Assembly: GCF_001457595.1 (NCBI RefSeq)
Contig: NZ_LN831039.1
Span: 3,390,001 to 3,422,000 of the forward strand
From: Mycolicibacterium smegmatis
GTDB lineage: Bacteria; Actinomycetota; Actinomycetes; Mycobacteriales; Mycobacteriaceae
Direction of reading: 5' to 3'
DNA: 32,000 nt
Under the pieces are notes generated by a model. That model saw only the letters and a program-made list of their open reading frames with translations, was not told the origin of the DNA and did no database searches. Position 1 is the stretch's first letter; every line of letters begins with the position of its first letter. The position numbers and the translations under genes were made by a program. Of the stretch, positions 18,217 through 27,978 are shown in pieces.

Positions 18217-19650
18217 GTGATGAGCCGAGAATCTCAGCCCGGACTGCACCGGCAGTTGTCGAGGCGCAACATGCTGGCGGCCATGGGCCTGGCCGGCGCG
18301 GCGGCCGTGAGCCTGCCGGTCCTGTCGGCCTGCGGCGTCGGTGGCCGTACCAACGCCCCCAACGGGGCGTCGGAGGTCACCGGCGGCTTCGACTGGAAGA
18401 AGGCATCCGGGTCGACCATCAACATCCTGCAGACCCCGCACCCCTACCAGCAGTCGTATCAGCCGCTGCTCAAGGAGTTCACCGAGCTGACCGGGATCAA
18501 CGTCAACGTCGACCTGGTCCCCGAGGCGGACTACTTCACCAAGCTCAACACCGAGCTGGCGGGCGGCACCGGTAAGCACGACGCATTCATGCTGGGCGCC
18601 TACTTCATCTGGCAGTACGGCCCGCCCGGGTGGATCGAGGACCTCAACCCGTGGCTGCAGAACAGCTCCGCGACCAACGCCGAGTACGACTTCGAGGACA
18701 TCTTCGAAGGTCTGCGCACCTCCACCCGGTGGGACTTCGAACTCGGCAACCCGCTGGGTACCGGTGGGCAGTGGGCGATCCCGTGGGGATTCGAGAACAA
18801 CGTCGTCGCCTACAACAAGGCGTACTTCGACCAGCGCGGGATCACGAAGCTGCCGGACAACTTCGACGACTTCATCCAGCTGGCCATCGATCTCACCGAC
18901 CGGTCGGAGAACCGGTACGGCATCGCGACGCGCGGATCGAAGTCGTGGGCGACCATCCACCCCGGATTCATGACGCAGTACGTCCGTGAAGGCGCTGTCG
19001 ACTACACCTTCGACGGCACCGACCTGGTGGCCGAGATGGACAGCGACAAGGCCGTCGAGTTCACGCGCAAGTGGATCGAGATGCAGCACAAGGCCGGCCC
19101 GACGTCGTGGACCACGTACGACTACCCGAACGCCACGGGCGATCTCGGCGACGGCACGGCGATGATGGTCTACGACGCCGACAGCGCCACCTACCCCAAG
19201 AACAAGCCCGGCGCCAGCGCGCAGGCGGGCAACCTCGGGTGGTACCCGGGACCGGCCGGTCCCGACGGCAACTACAAGACCAACCTGTGGACGTGGACGT
19301 GGGCGATGAACGCCAACTCCCGCAACAAGTTGCCCGCCTGGTTGTTCATCCAGTGGGCCACCGGCAAGGAATCGATGAACAAGGCCGTCGAGGGCGGAAT
19401 CTACGCAGATCCCGTGCGGCAGTCGGTGTTCGACACCACGTTCAAGCGGATCGCCGCCGACCAGCACGGTTACCTCGAGACGTTCGAGACCGTGATCGGG
19501 TCGTCCAAGATCCAGTTCACGCCGCAGAAGAAGTTCTTCGACACCACCAAGGACTGGGCGGTGGCGCTGCAGGACATCTACGGCGGTGACGACGCGGCCT
19601 CGCGCTTGCGCAGTCTCGCGAAGACCAACACCTCCAAGGTCAACCTGTAG
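18217..19650 (+). CDS. ABC transporter sugar/polyol substrate-binding lipoprotein with twin-arginine-like signal
   Basis: LSRRNMLAAMGLAGAAAVSLPVLSACG (RR motif plus lipobox), family-1-type SBP body (NAPNGASEVTGGFDWKKASGSTINILQTPHPYQQSYQPLLKEFTELTGI). Start GTG 18217 or ATG 18220. Confidence 0.9.
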   Translation: MMSRESQPGLHRQLSRRNMLAAMGLAGAAAVSLPVLSACGVGGRTNAPNGASEVTGGFDWKKASGSTINILQTPHPYQQSYQPLLKEFTELTGINVNVDLVPEADYFTKLNTELAGGTGKHDAFMLGAYFIWQYGPPGWIEDLNPWLQNSSATNAEYDFEDIFEGLRTSTRWDFELGNPLGTGGQWAIPWGFENNVVAYNKAYFDQRGITKLPDNFDDFIQLAIDLTDRSENRYGIATRGSKSWATIHPGFMTQYVREGAVDYTFDGTDLVAEMDSDKAVEFTRKWIEMQHKAGPTSWTTYDYPNATGDLGDGTAMMVYDADSATYPKNKPGASAQAGNLGWYPGPAGPDGNYKTNLWTWTWAMNANSRNKLPAWLFIQWATGKESMNKAVEGGIYADPVRQSVFDTTFKRIAADQHGYLETFETVIGSSKIQFTPQKKFFDTTKDWAVALQDIYGGDDAASRLRSLAKTNTSKVNL

Positions 19651-19661
19651 GAGCGGGCGAC

Positions 19662-20615
19662 ATGACATTGCAGACATCCCAACCCGCTCCCGCCGCGGAG
19701 TCGGTCGACCGGGGCACCTCGGGCCGGCCGCCCGAGGTGCCGTCATGGCGGCGCAAGCTGCGGCCCTACATCCTGTCGGTGCCCGCGGTCCTGATCGTCA
19801 TCGGCATCCTGTACCCGTTCGCGGTCGGCGCCTACTACGCATTCCTCAACTATGCGGCAGTGAACCCGGATCCGCACTTCGTGTGGTTCGAGAACTTCAA
19901 GTCCGTTCTCGGTGACCAGATCTTCTGGCAGAGCGTCAAGGTCACCGCGATCTTCGCGGTTCTCGCCACGGTGATCGAGACCGTGATCGGCGTCGGTTTG
20001 GCACTGTTGCTCAACCGCTCGTCGCTGATCGGCAAGATCTTCGAGAAGGTGCTGATCCTCCCGCTGATGATCGCCCCGGTGATCGCGGGCGTGATCTGGA
20101 AGCTGATGTTCAACCCGCAGTTCGGGATCCTCAATCACGTTCTCGGGCTGGGCAACACATTCGACTGGCTGTCCTCGACCAACGCACTGTGGTCGGTGAT
20201 CCTGGTGGACCTGTGGATCTTCACGCCGTTCGTCGCGATCCTGGTTCTCGCGGGCATCCGGTCGCTGCCCAAGGAGCCGTTCGAGGCGTCCGAGGTCGAC
20301 GGTGCGAGCTGGTTCTACATGTTCCGCAAGCTCATGCTGCCGATGCTGTGGCCCTACATCCTGGTCGCCGTGATCTTCCGGTTCATGGACAACCTCAAGG
20401 TGTTCGACCACATCTACGTGCTGACCGCGGGCGGACCTGGTGTCGCCACCCGCACGTTGCAGATCGGTGCCTTCGAGGACTCGATTATCAACCTGGATTA
20501 CTCCCGTGGCAGCACCTACATGCTGCTGCTGTGGGTCATCGTGTTCATCACCGCGCGCTATCTGGTGAGCGTGCTTGGCAAGGCGCAGCGCCGTGCTGCC
20601 GGGGCGGAGTCGTGA
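19662..20615 (+). CDS. Carbohydrate ABC transporter permease (MalF/UgpA type)
   Basis: Six TM segments and EAA loop EASEVDGASWFYMFRKLMLPMLWP. Confidence 0.92.
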   Translation: MTLQTSQPAPAAESVDRGTSGRPPEVPSWRRKLRPYILSVPAVLIVIGILYPFAVGAYYAFLNYAAVNPDPHFVWFENFKSVLGDQIFWQSVKVTAIFAVLATVIETVIGVGLALLLNRSSLIGKIFEKVLILPLMIAPVIAGVIWKLMFNPQFGILNHVLGLGNTFDWLSSTNALWSVILVDLWIFTPFVAILVLAGIRSLPKEPFEASEVDGASWFYMFRKLMLPMLWPYILVAVIFRFMDNLKVFDHIYVLTAGGPGVATRTLQIGAFEDSIINLDYSRGSTYMLLLWVIVFITARYLVSVLGKAQRRAAGAES

Positions 20616-21490
20616 CCATGTTCAACAGAACCGAATTGCTGCCGGGCCAGAAGCGGTGGTCCATCGGATCGGTGGCCGCCGATGTGGGACTGGTGTTCTG
20701 GTTCGTCTTCTCGCTGTTCCCGATCTTCTGGATGCTGATGCTGGCACTGAAGAACGCCGAGGAGCAGACCACGACGTACTTCGCGTTCAGCCCGACGTGG
20801 GAGAACTTCGCCACGGTGCTGACCGACAAGGGCACCGAGATGACGAGCGTCGACTTCAAGGCGTCGCTGCTGACCAGCCTGCTGAACTGCGGTGGCGCGG
20901 TGATCGTCTCGCTGCTCATCGGCATCCCGGCGGCGTACGCGGCAGGACGCTGGCAGTACAAGGGCTCCAACGACCTGATGTTCACGATGCTGTCGTTCCG
21001 GTTCGCCCCGGAACTTATGGTGATCGTGCCGCTGTTCGTGATCTACAACCAGATCGGGCTGTTCGACACCAAGGTCGGCATGATCTGGGTGCTGCAACTG
21101 GTCACCATGCCGCTCGTGGTGTGGATCCTGCGGTCCTACTTCCAGGATCTGCCCGAGGATCTCGAGCAGGCGGCACTGCTCGACGGCTACACCCGGCGGC
21201 GCGCATTCCTCATGGTGGCGCTGCCGATCGTGCGGCCGGGTATCGCCGCGGCCGCGCTGCTGGCGTTCATCTTCGCGTGGAACAACTACGTGTTCCCGCT
21301 CATCCTCGCCGACAGCAATGCCGGCACGGTGACCGTCGCGATCACCAAATTCCTCGGTGGCGGTGGCCAGGCGTACTACAACCTGACCGCCGCGGCCGCC
21401 ATCATCGCCGCGCTCCCTCCGCTGGTCCTGGCTCTGACCATCCAGCGGTACCTGGTGCGCGGCCTGTCGTTCGGGGCGGTGAAGGCCTGA
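20612..21490 (+). CDS. Carbohydrate ABC transporter permease (MalG/UgpE type)
   Basis: GTG 20612 (or ATG 20618); MALPIVRPGIAAAALLAFIFAWNNYVFPLIL and EQAALLDGYTRRRAFL EAA loop. Confidence 0.92.
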   Translation: MTMFNRTELLPGQKRWSIGSVAADVGLVFWFVFSLFPIFWMLMLALKNAEEQTTTYFAFSPTWENFATVLTDKGTEMTSVDFKASLLTSLLNCGGAVIVSLLIGIPAAYAAGRWQYKGSNDLMFTMLSFRFAPELMVIVPLFVIYNQIGLFDTKVGMIWVLQLVTMPLVVWILRSYFQDLPEDLEQAALLDGYTRRRAFLMVALPIVRPGIAAAALLAFIFAWNNYVFPLILADSNAGTVTVAITKFLGGGGQAYYNLTAAAAIIAALPPLVLALTIQRYLVRGLSFGAVKA

Positions 21491-22599
21491 TGGCAACAGT
21501 TTCCATTGCCGGCGTGCACAAGTCGTTCGGCAAGACCAAAGCGGTCGACGATCTCACGGTCGACATCGCCGACGGCGAGTTCTTCGTGATCCTCGGCCCC
21601 AGCGGTGCAGGCAAGACCACGACGCTGAAATCAGTCGCCGGTCTGGTCGACATCGACGCCGGTGCCATCCACATCGGTGGCACCGACGTCACCCGCGTCG
21701 AGCCGTACCATCGCAACGTCGCCATGGCCTTCGAGAGCTATGCGCTCTACCCGCAGAAGACCGTGGCCGAGAACCTCGCGTCGCCGCTGAAGTCCGGCCG
21801 CACCGGCCAGTACACGGAGGCCCAGCGCGCCGAGCGCATCGACCAGGTCACCACCACGCTGGGGATCAACCACCTGCAGAAGCGGTTTCCCCGCGAGCTC
21901 TCCAACGGGCAGCGTCAGCGTGTGGCGCTGGGCCGGGTGCTGGTGCGGCCTGCGGACATCTACCTGCTCGACGAGCCGCTGAGCCATCTCGACGCCAAGC
22001 TGCGCGCGGCCATGCGTGCCGAACTCAAGCAACTCGGCGCGATGAGCAACACCACCACCATCTACGTCACGCACGACTACCAGGAGGCGCTCGCCCTGGG
22101 CGACCGCATCGCGGTCATGCGTGACGGCAGGCTCGTGCAGATCGGGACACCGGAGGAGATCTGGCGCAAGCCGGCGGACACCTTCGTCGCCAAGGCGCTC
22201 GGCCAGCCCGAGATCAACCTGCTCGACGGTGTCGTCGACGACGGCCGGATCCGGGTCGGTGACGGCACGTTCGACGTCGCGGTGCCCGCCGGGGTGGCCG
22301 CGCAGCGTGGCGACCGGGTCCGTGTCGGCCTGCGTCCGTGCGATCTGCACGTCACGTCCGAGGCAGGCGACCTGAGGGGCCGCGTGCTGCTCGCCGAGCG
22401 TCTCGGCCGCAACATCGAACTCACCGTCACCATCGGCGGCACCCAGCTGATCGTGCTGACCTCAGGGCGCCACGGTGTCGGCGAGGGTGACGAGGTGTCG
22501 ATGTCGATCGCCGACAGTGACATTCACGTGTTCGCCGCGGGCGACGGCGACACACCGCGCCTCGAGCAGGCCGATTCCGCATTGGAGGCAGCCAAGTGA
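21490..22599 (+). CDS. ABC transporter ATP-binding protein (UgpC/MsmK type), first of two
   Basis: Walker A GPSGAGKTT, LSNGQRQRVALGRVL, Walker B YLLDEPLSHLDAKLRA, C-terminal TOBE-like domain. Confidence 0.92.
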   Translation: MATVSIAGVHKSFGKTKAVDDLTVDIADGEFFVILGPSGAGKTTTLKSVAGLVDIDAGAIHIGGTDVTRVEPYHRNVAMAFESYALYPQKTVAENLASPLKSGRTGQYTEAQRAERIDQVTTTLGINHLQKRFPRELSNGQRQRVALGRVLVRPADIYLLDEPLSHLDAKLRAAMRAELKQLGAMSNTTTIYVTHDYQEALALGDRIAVMRDGRLVQIGTPEEIWRKPADTFVAKALGQPEINLLDGVVDDGRIRVGDGTFDVAVPAGVAAQRGDRVRVGLRPCDLHVTSEAGDLRGRVLLAERLGRNIELTVTIGGTQLIVLTSGRHGVGEGDEVSMSIADSDIHVFAAGDGDTPRLEQADSALEAAK

Positions 22600-23729
22600 C
22601 ATCCACCGTTGCGGCACCCGCCCAGGCCGGGACCGCCCAGAGCCTGACGCTGAGCAAACTGGTCAAGACGTACTCGTCGCGCGGCCGGGAGAGCTTCACC
22701 GCGGTCAAGGGCATCGACCTCGACATCCGGCCGGGTGAACTCGTGGCGCTGCTGGGCCCGTCCGGCTGTGGCAAGACCACCACGCTGCGCATGATCGCCG
22801 GGTTGGAGACCGTGACCAGCGGCTCGATCAAGATAGGCGACCGCGAGGTGTCCCAATTGCCCGCCGCCAAGCGCGGTGTCGGTGTCGGCTTCGAGAGCTA
22901 CGCGCTCTACCCGCCGATGTCCGTGCGCGAGAACCTGCTGTACGGCCTCAAGGCCCGCAAGGTCAAAGGTGCCGAGGAGATGGTCGCCGCGATCAGTCGT
23001 CGCCTGGAGATGGACGACATGCTCGAGCTGCGTCCGGCCGGCCTGTCCAGCGGTCAGAAGCAGCGCGTGGCGCTCGCCAGGGCACTGGTGCGCAACCCAC
23101 CGGTGCTGCTGCTCGACGAGCCGTTGAGCCACCTCGACGCGTCGGCGCGCCAGCGCGTGCGGCGGGAGTTGAAGGTGCTTCAGCGCGAGTTCGGCTACAC
23201 CACCATCGTCGTCACGCACGACCAGGTGGAGGCACTGTCGCTCGCCGACCGGCTCGCGGTCATGGATGCCGGTGTGGTGCAACAGTTCGGCACACCCGAT
23301 GAGGTGTTCGACGACCCGGCGAACCTGTTCGTCGCGCAGTTCGTCGGTGAACCGCAGATCAACGTGGTGCGTGGAACAGTGCGCGTCAAGAGTGGCCGCG
23401 CACATGTCGAGATCGGTTCGCGCGCAGGTACTCTGCCCACCACCGTGACCGGTGTCGCCGACGGCACGTCGGTCAGCGTGGGCATCCGGCCCCAGGACTG
23501 TGCGCTGCGCCCGGCCGACGCCACCGGAGGCGTCAGCGCGACGGTCGCCTACTTCGAGCACCTTCTGGAGTTCGGTCTGGCCACCAGCACTGTCGCCGGT
23601 GTCGAGGAGGGCATCGTGGTGCAGACACCCGCGCTGGAGAGCTACGAACCCGAGCAGCAGGTGGTCGTGACGGCACCGCCCGAGCGTGTCTATCTGTTCG
23701 ACGTCGAGTCAGGGGAGCGGTTGCGATGA
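22596..23729 (+). CDS. ABC transporter ATP-binding protein (UgpC/MsmK type), second
   Basis: Walker A GPSGCGKTT, LSSGQKQRVALARALV, LLLDEPLSHLDASARQRV; GTG start overlaps previous stop. Confidence 0.92.
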   Translation: MTSTVAAPAQAGTAQSLTLSKLVKTYSSRGRESFTAVKGIDLDIRPGELVALLGPSGCGKTTTLRMIAGLETVTSGSIKIGDREVSQLPAAKRGVGVGFESYALYPPMSVRENLLYGLKARKVKGAEEMVAAISRRLEMDDMLELRPAGLSSGQKQRVALARALVRNPPVLLLDEPLSHLDASARQRVRRELKVLQREFGYTTIVVTHDQVEALSLADRLAVMDAGVVQQFGTPDEVFDDPANLFVAQFVGEPQINVVRGTVRVKSGRAHVEIGSRAGTLPTTVTGVADGTSVSVGIRPQDCALRPADATGGVSATVAYFEHLLEFGLATSTVAGVEEGIVVQTPALESYEPEQQVVVTAPPERVYLFDVESGERLR

Positions 23730-25468
23730 CCAAGTTGTTCAACGATCCGGCCCGGTTCACCGAGGACATGCTCGTCGGCTTCCTCGACGCCAATTCCCGT
23801 TACGTCGTGGGCGTTCCCGGCGGTGTGGTGCGTGCACAGACGACGCGTCCGGGCAAGGTGGCCGTCGTGATCGGCGGGGGATCGGGTCACTACCCGGCGT
23901 TCTGCGGCACGGTGGGCGCCGGCTTCGCCGACGGCGCGGTCGTCGGCAACATCTTCACCTCGCCGTCGGCGGAAGAGGCCGCCTCGGTGGCGCGGGCCGC
24001 GCACTCCGACGCCGGTGTGCTTCTCACGACGGGCAACTACGCCGGTGACGTCATGAACTTCAACCTGGCCGTGGACCAGCTGCGCAGCGAGGGCATCGAG
24101 GCGCAGTACTTCGCCGTCACCGACGACGTGGCCAGCGCCGAGCGCGGCCAGGAGGCCAAACGTCGCGGTATCGCAGGGGATTTCACGGTGTTCAAGTGCG
24201 CGAGCGCGGCTGCCGAGGAGGGGCTCGACCTCGCCGGTGTGGTCCGGGTGGCCGAGGCCGCCAACGCCGCGACCCGCACGCTCGGTGTGGCGTTCGACGG
24301 TTGCACCCTGCCAGGCGCGGACCATCCGCTGTTCACCGTGCCGGAAGGTCATATGGGCCTCGGTCTCGGCATCCACGGCGAACCGGGTGTGTCCGAGGAG
24401 AAGATGCCGACGGCCGCCGGTCTCGCCGCGACCCTGGTCGACGGCGTTCTCGGTGACCGCCCGGACGCGCCCGAGAAGCGGATCGCGGTGATTCTCAACG
24501 GTCTGGGCCGCACCAAGTACGAAGAGCTGTTCGTGGTCTGGGGCGAGGTGTCCCGGTTGTTGCGCGACCGTGGGTACACGATCGTCGAACCCGAGGTGGG
24601 CGAACTGGTGACCAGCCTCGACATGGCCGGCTGTTCGCTGACCGTGATGTGGCTCGACGAGGAACTCGAACGCTACTGGGCCGCACCGGCTGACACACCC
24701 GCCTACAAGAAGGGTGCTGCGCAGCAACACGTCTCGGGCGAGCGGCGGTCCGAGGCGACCGCCCGGTCCGCGTCAAGTGGTCCGAAGCTCGCCGAACTGT
24801 CCGACGAGGACGGACGCGCCGGCGCCCGTCTGGTGGCGCGCGCCTTCGATGCGATGGCCGAGGCGCTCGCCGACGCCGAGGAGGAACTCGGACGTATCGA
24901 CGCGGTCGCCGGTGACGGCGACCATGGTCGCGGCATGGTCAAGGGCTCTTCGGCCGCACGTGAGGCCGCGGCCTCGGCGCTCGCCGAAGGCGCGGGCCAG
25001 GGTTCGGTGCTGACCGCGGCCGGAAAGGCCTGGGCCGCCAAGGCAGGTGGCACCTCCGGTGTGCTGTGGGGCGCCCTGCTCACCGCACTGGGTGCACGCC
25101 TCGGTGACACCGGCCGTCCCGATTCGTCGGTCATCGCGGCAGGTGTCCGCGACGCGTACGACGCCCTGATCCGGCTCGGCGGTGCCGCACCCGGCGACAA
25201 GACCATGCTCGACGCCATGCTGCCGTTCACCGAGGAGCTGGAACGCCGTGTGGCACAGGATGAATCATGGCAGTCGGCGTGGCGGGCAGCGGCCGACGTC
25301 GCGACCGAGGCGGCCCGCGCAACGGCGGATCTACGCCCGAAGGTCGGACGGGCCCGCCCGCTGGCCGAACGCAGCGTCGGCACGCCGGACGCCGGTGCCA
25401 CCTCGCTGGCATTGTGCGCGCGAACCGTGGCCGACTGCGTGACCCTGAGTACCCAAGGAGAGAACTGA
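23726..25468 (+). CDS. derK: Dihydroxyacetone-kinase-family protein (fused DhaK-DhaL), candidate D-erythrulose kinase
   Basis: DhaK part [35 protein letters not shown] and [11 protein letters not shown]; DhaL part [13 protein letters not shown] and [16 protein letters not shown]. Symbol from recalled literature. Confidence 0.88.
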   Translation: MTKLFNDPARFTEDMLVGFLDANSRYVVGVPGGVVRAQTTRPGKVAVVIGGGSGHYPAFCGTVGAGFADGAVVGNIFTSPSAEEAASVARAAHSDAGVLLTTGNYAGDVMNFNLAVDQLRSEGIEAQYFAVTDDVASAERGQEAKRRGIAGDFTVFKCASAAAEEGLDLAGVVRVAEAANAATRTLGVAFDGCTLPGADHPLFTVPEGHMGLGLGIHGEPGVSEEKMPTAAGLAATLVDGVLGDRPDAPEKRIAVILNGLGRTKYEELFVVWGEVSRLLRDRGYTIVEPEVGELVTSLDMAGCSLTVMWLDEELERYWAAPADTPAYKKGAAQQHVSGERRSEATARSASSGPKLAELSDEDGRAGARLVARAFDAMAEALADAEEELGRIDAVAGDGDHGRGMVKGSSAAREAAASALAEGAGQGSVLTAAGKAWAAKAGGTSGVLWGALLTALGARLGDTGRPDSSVIAAGVRDAYDALIRLGGAAPGDKTMLDAMLPFTEELERRVAQDESWQSAWRAAADVATEAARATADLRPKVGRARPLAERSVGTPDAGATSLALCARTVADCVTLSTQGEN

Positions 25469-25929
25469 TGGCACTACGGGTCGTCGTCGGCGCGGATGAC
25501 GCCGGCTACGAGTACAAGGAAGCACTCAAGGGCGACCTCGCCGCGGACGACCGCGTCACCGAGGTGATCGACGTCGGCGTCGGCGCTGACGAGGACACCG
25601 CCTACCCGCATGTCGCGGTCGCGGCCGCACGTCTGATCGCCGAAGGCAAGGCCGATCGCGCGTTATTGGTGTGCGGTACCGGTCTCGGGGTGGCGATCAG
25701 CGCCAACAAGGTGCCCGGCATCCGCGCGGTCACCGCCCACGACAGCTTCTCCGTCGAGCGCTCGGTGCTGTCCAACAACGCGCAGGTGCTGTGCTTCGGG
25801 CAGCGGGTCGTGGGCCTGGAGCTCGCACGCCGCCTGGCGCGCGAGTGGCTCGGCTACGAGTTCGACCCGACCAGCAAGTCGGCGGAGAAGGTCCAGGCGA
25901 TCTGCGGGTACGAACCGGCCACGAGCTAG
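25468..25929 (+). CDS. derI: RpiB/LacAB family sugar-phosphate isomerase, candidate D-erythrulose-4-phosphate isomerase
   Basis: [16 protein letters not shown], catalytic-region [44 protein letters not shown](QRV)VG. Symbol from recalled literature. Confidence 0.88.
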   Translation: MALRVVVGADDAGYEYKEALKGDLAADDRVTEVIDVGVGADEDTAYPHVAVAAARLIAEGKADRALLVCGTGLGVAISANKVPGIRAVTAHDSFSVERSVLSNNAQVLCFGQRVVGLELARRLAREWLGYEFDPTSKSAEKVQAICGYEPATS

Positions 25930-25980
25930 TCCCGGTGCGCCCGACGTTTGCCGACCGACGACTTCGGAAACCCGTTCCCG

Positions 25981-27066
25981 ATGGCTGACGACGGATTCCC
26001 CCGGGCACTCCTGCAGGAACTGTTGTCCGCGTACGGCCCATGCGGACAGGAGGATGCGGTACGCGCGGTGTGCCGTCGCGAACTCGAACCGTACGTCGAC
26101 GGGCTGTGGACCGATGCCGCGGGCAACCTGGTAGGGCTGCTCCGCGGGGCACCCGAGAGCGCGGACCACCTCCCGCCGACACGGGTCATGGCGCACATTG
26201 ACGAACTCGCCATGCTGGTCAAACGCGTCGAGCCTGATGGCACGCTGGCGCTCACGCCGCTGGGCACCATGTACCCGGCGAACTTCGGCCTCGGGCCCGT
26301 GGCGATGCTGGGCGAGCGTGAAACCCTGTGCGGTGTACTGGCTCTCGGATCCGAGCACACCACAGCTGAGAGCCCGCGGATCTGGGCGACCAAACCGGAC
26401 CAGGGCGACAAGGCGCTCGACTGGCCCGACGTGTACGTCTTCACCGGCCGCACGCCGGACGAGTTGCGCGATGCCGGTATCGGGATCGGGACCAGGGTGT
26501 GTATCGACCGCAGCAAACGGACGCTGGTCGAGGTGGGGGACTACCTCGGGTGTTATTTCATGGACGACCGAGCTGTGGTCACGGCATTGCTGCAGACCGC
26601 ACGGCTCCTGCACGGCCGCGACCACCGGCCGCCCGGCGACACCTATTTCGTGTTCACCACCAACGAGGAGATCGGCGGGTCGGGTGGTTCCTATGCGAGC
26701 CGCACCCTGCCCGGTGATCTCACGCTGGCGTTGGAGGTCGGGCCGACCGAGCAGGAGTACGGCACGCGTGTCGGCGGCGGACCCGTCGTCGCCTACAGCG
26801 ACGCCCAGTGCGTCTATGACAAGGACGTCGCCGACAGGCTGGTGCAGATCGGCGAGAAGCTCGGACTGGACCCGCAGCCGGCCGTTCTCGGCGCCTTCGA
26901 ATCGGATGCGTCACATGCGAAGAGCAACGGACAGTCGCCGCGTGCGGGCCTGCTGTGCATGCCGACGCTCAGCACGCACGGTTACGAGGTGATCGCGCGC
27001 ACCGCGGTCCGGGCCATGGCCGATGTTCTCGTCGAGTTCCTGGCGGATGATCGAACCCGACGGTGA
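25981..27066 (+). CDS. M42-like metallopeptidase
   Basis: MAHIDELAMLV, FMDDRAVVTALLQTA, TTNEEIGGSGG, LEVGPTEQEYG, LCMPTLSTHGYEV metal-ligand-like motifs. ATG 25981; an in-frame TTG at 25948 is possible. Confidence 0.82.
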   Translation: MADDGFPRALLQELLSAYGPCGQEDAVRAVCRRELEPYVDGLWTDAAGNLVGLLRGAPESADHLPPTRVMAHIDELAMLVKRVEPDGTLALTPLGTMYPANFGLGPVAMLGERETLCGVLALGSEHTTAESPRIWATKPDQGDKALDWPDVYVFTGRTPDELRDAGIGIGTRVCIDRSKRTLVEVGDYLGCYFMDDRAVVTALLQTARLLHGRDHRPPGDTYFVFTTNEEIGGSGGSYASRTLPGDLTLALEVGPTEQEYGTRVGGGPVVAYSDAQCVYDKDVADRLVQIGEKLGLDPQPAVLGAFESDASHAKSNGQSPRAGLLCMPTLSTHGYEVIARTAVRAMADVLVEFLADDRTRR

Positions 27067-27076
27067 ACCCTGCCGG

Positions 27077-27107
27077 TTGACCTTGCCGCTGGGGAAATGT
27101 GCACGAT
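27077..27107 (+). promoter_or_regulatory. Possible MerR-type promoter with 19-bp spacer (TTGACC-N19-CACGAT)
   Basis: TTGACC 27077-27082, CACGAT 27102-27107; 19-nt spacer is typical of MerR-family-controlled promoters but the -10 match is weak. Confidence 0.3.
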
Positions 27108-27144
27108 GATGTGCACTGCAGCACCGGCTTGAGCGGAGGTCACC

Positions 27145-27978
27145 ATGGCTGGGCGTGTCTCGATCGGCGACTTCGCGGTGATGACACACCTGAGCAGGAA
27201 GGCGCTGCGGCACTACCACGAGATGGGTGTCCTCGTACCGGCCCACATAGATGCCCACACCGGATATCGCTTCTACGACACGTGCCAGGTCGACCACGCG
27301 CGCATCATCCGGCGATTTCGCGAACTCGACATGCCCATCCCGGACATCAAGGCACTGCTGGCTGCCGGCGACGGCGCGACGCGCAACGAGATCATCGCCG
27401 CGCATCTGCGCCGTATGGAAGAACAGTTGGCGCAGACCAGGGATGCCGTCACCGAGCTGCGTGAGCTGCTCGACCCGGTGCGGGTGCCCGCGCACATCGA
27501 GGTGCGTCACCAGCCCGCGACCGAGGTCTGGGCGGTGAGTGCGGAGGTCCACAGCTCGCAGATCGGCGCGTGGTTCGCCGCGAGCGTCGACACACTCCAA
27601 CGTGCCCTGAGCGACTCGGGCGTGCGCATCGACGGGGCCATGGGCGGTGTGTACGACCGCGAGCTGTTCGCTGGTGAGAGCGGGGTTGCCACCCTGTACG
27701 TGCCTGTCCCACATACGGTTCCGGTGCCGCCGACCGTGCAGGCCCAGACTGTTCCCGCGCAGGAGCTCGCGGTGCTCATGCACCCTGGATCGCAGGCCGG
27801 TATCGACCGCAGCTACGGCGAACTGGGTGCGTACGTGTACGACCATCTGATCAGCCACCAGGGGCCGATCCGCGAGCGCTACGTCGGTGCCCCGGCGTCG
27901 AACATCGTGGCCTTCACGGCGACGGAGATCGGCTGGCCGATCCTGGCGACCAGCCCTTCCCAGCCGCCGGATCCGTGA
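27145..27978 (+). CDS. MerR family transcriptional regulator with GyrI-like C-terminal effector domain
   Basis: SIGDFAVMTHLSRKALRHYHEMGVLVPAHIDAHTGYRFYD HTH; C-terminal region resembling BmrR/GyrI ligand domain. Confidence 0.9.
   Translation: MAGRVSIGDFAVMTHLSRKALRHYHEMGVLVPAHIDAHTGYRFYDTCQVDHARIIRRFRELDMPIPDIKALLAAGDGATRNEIIAAHLRRMEEQLAQTRDAVTELRELLDPVRVPAHIEVRHQPATEVWAVSAEVHSSQIGAWFAASVDTLQRALSDSGVRIDGAMGGVYDRELFAGESGVATLYVPVPHTVPVPPTVQAQTVPAQELAVLMHPGSQAGIDRSYGELGAYVYDHLISHQGPIRERYVGAPASNIVAFTATEIGWPILATSPSQPPDP

Noticed and set aside
18118-19746. 542-aa minus-strand ORF opposite the SBP of the polyol importer
   Set aside because: Antisense shadow; plus strand encodes a typical SBP with lipobox.
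27099-27116. Two GTGCAC hexamers separated by GATGAT upstream of the MerR gene
   Set aside because: Short self-complementary hexamers expected by chance in this composition; noted only as weak support for a regulatory region, the spaced TTGACC/CACGAT pair being the better candidate.
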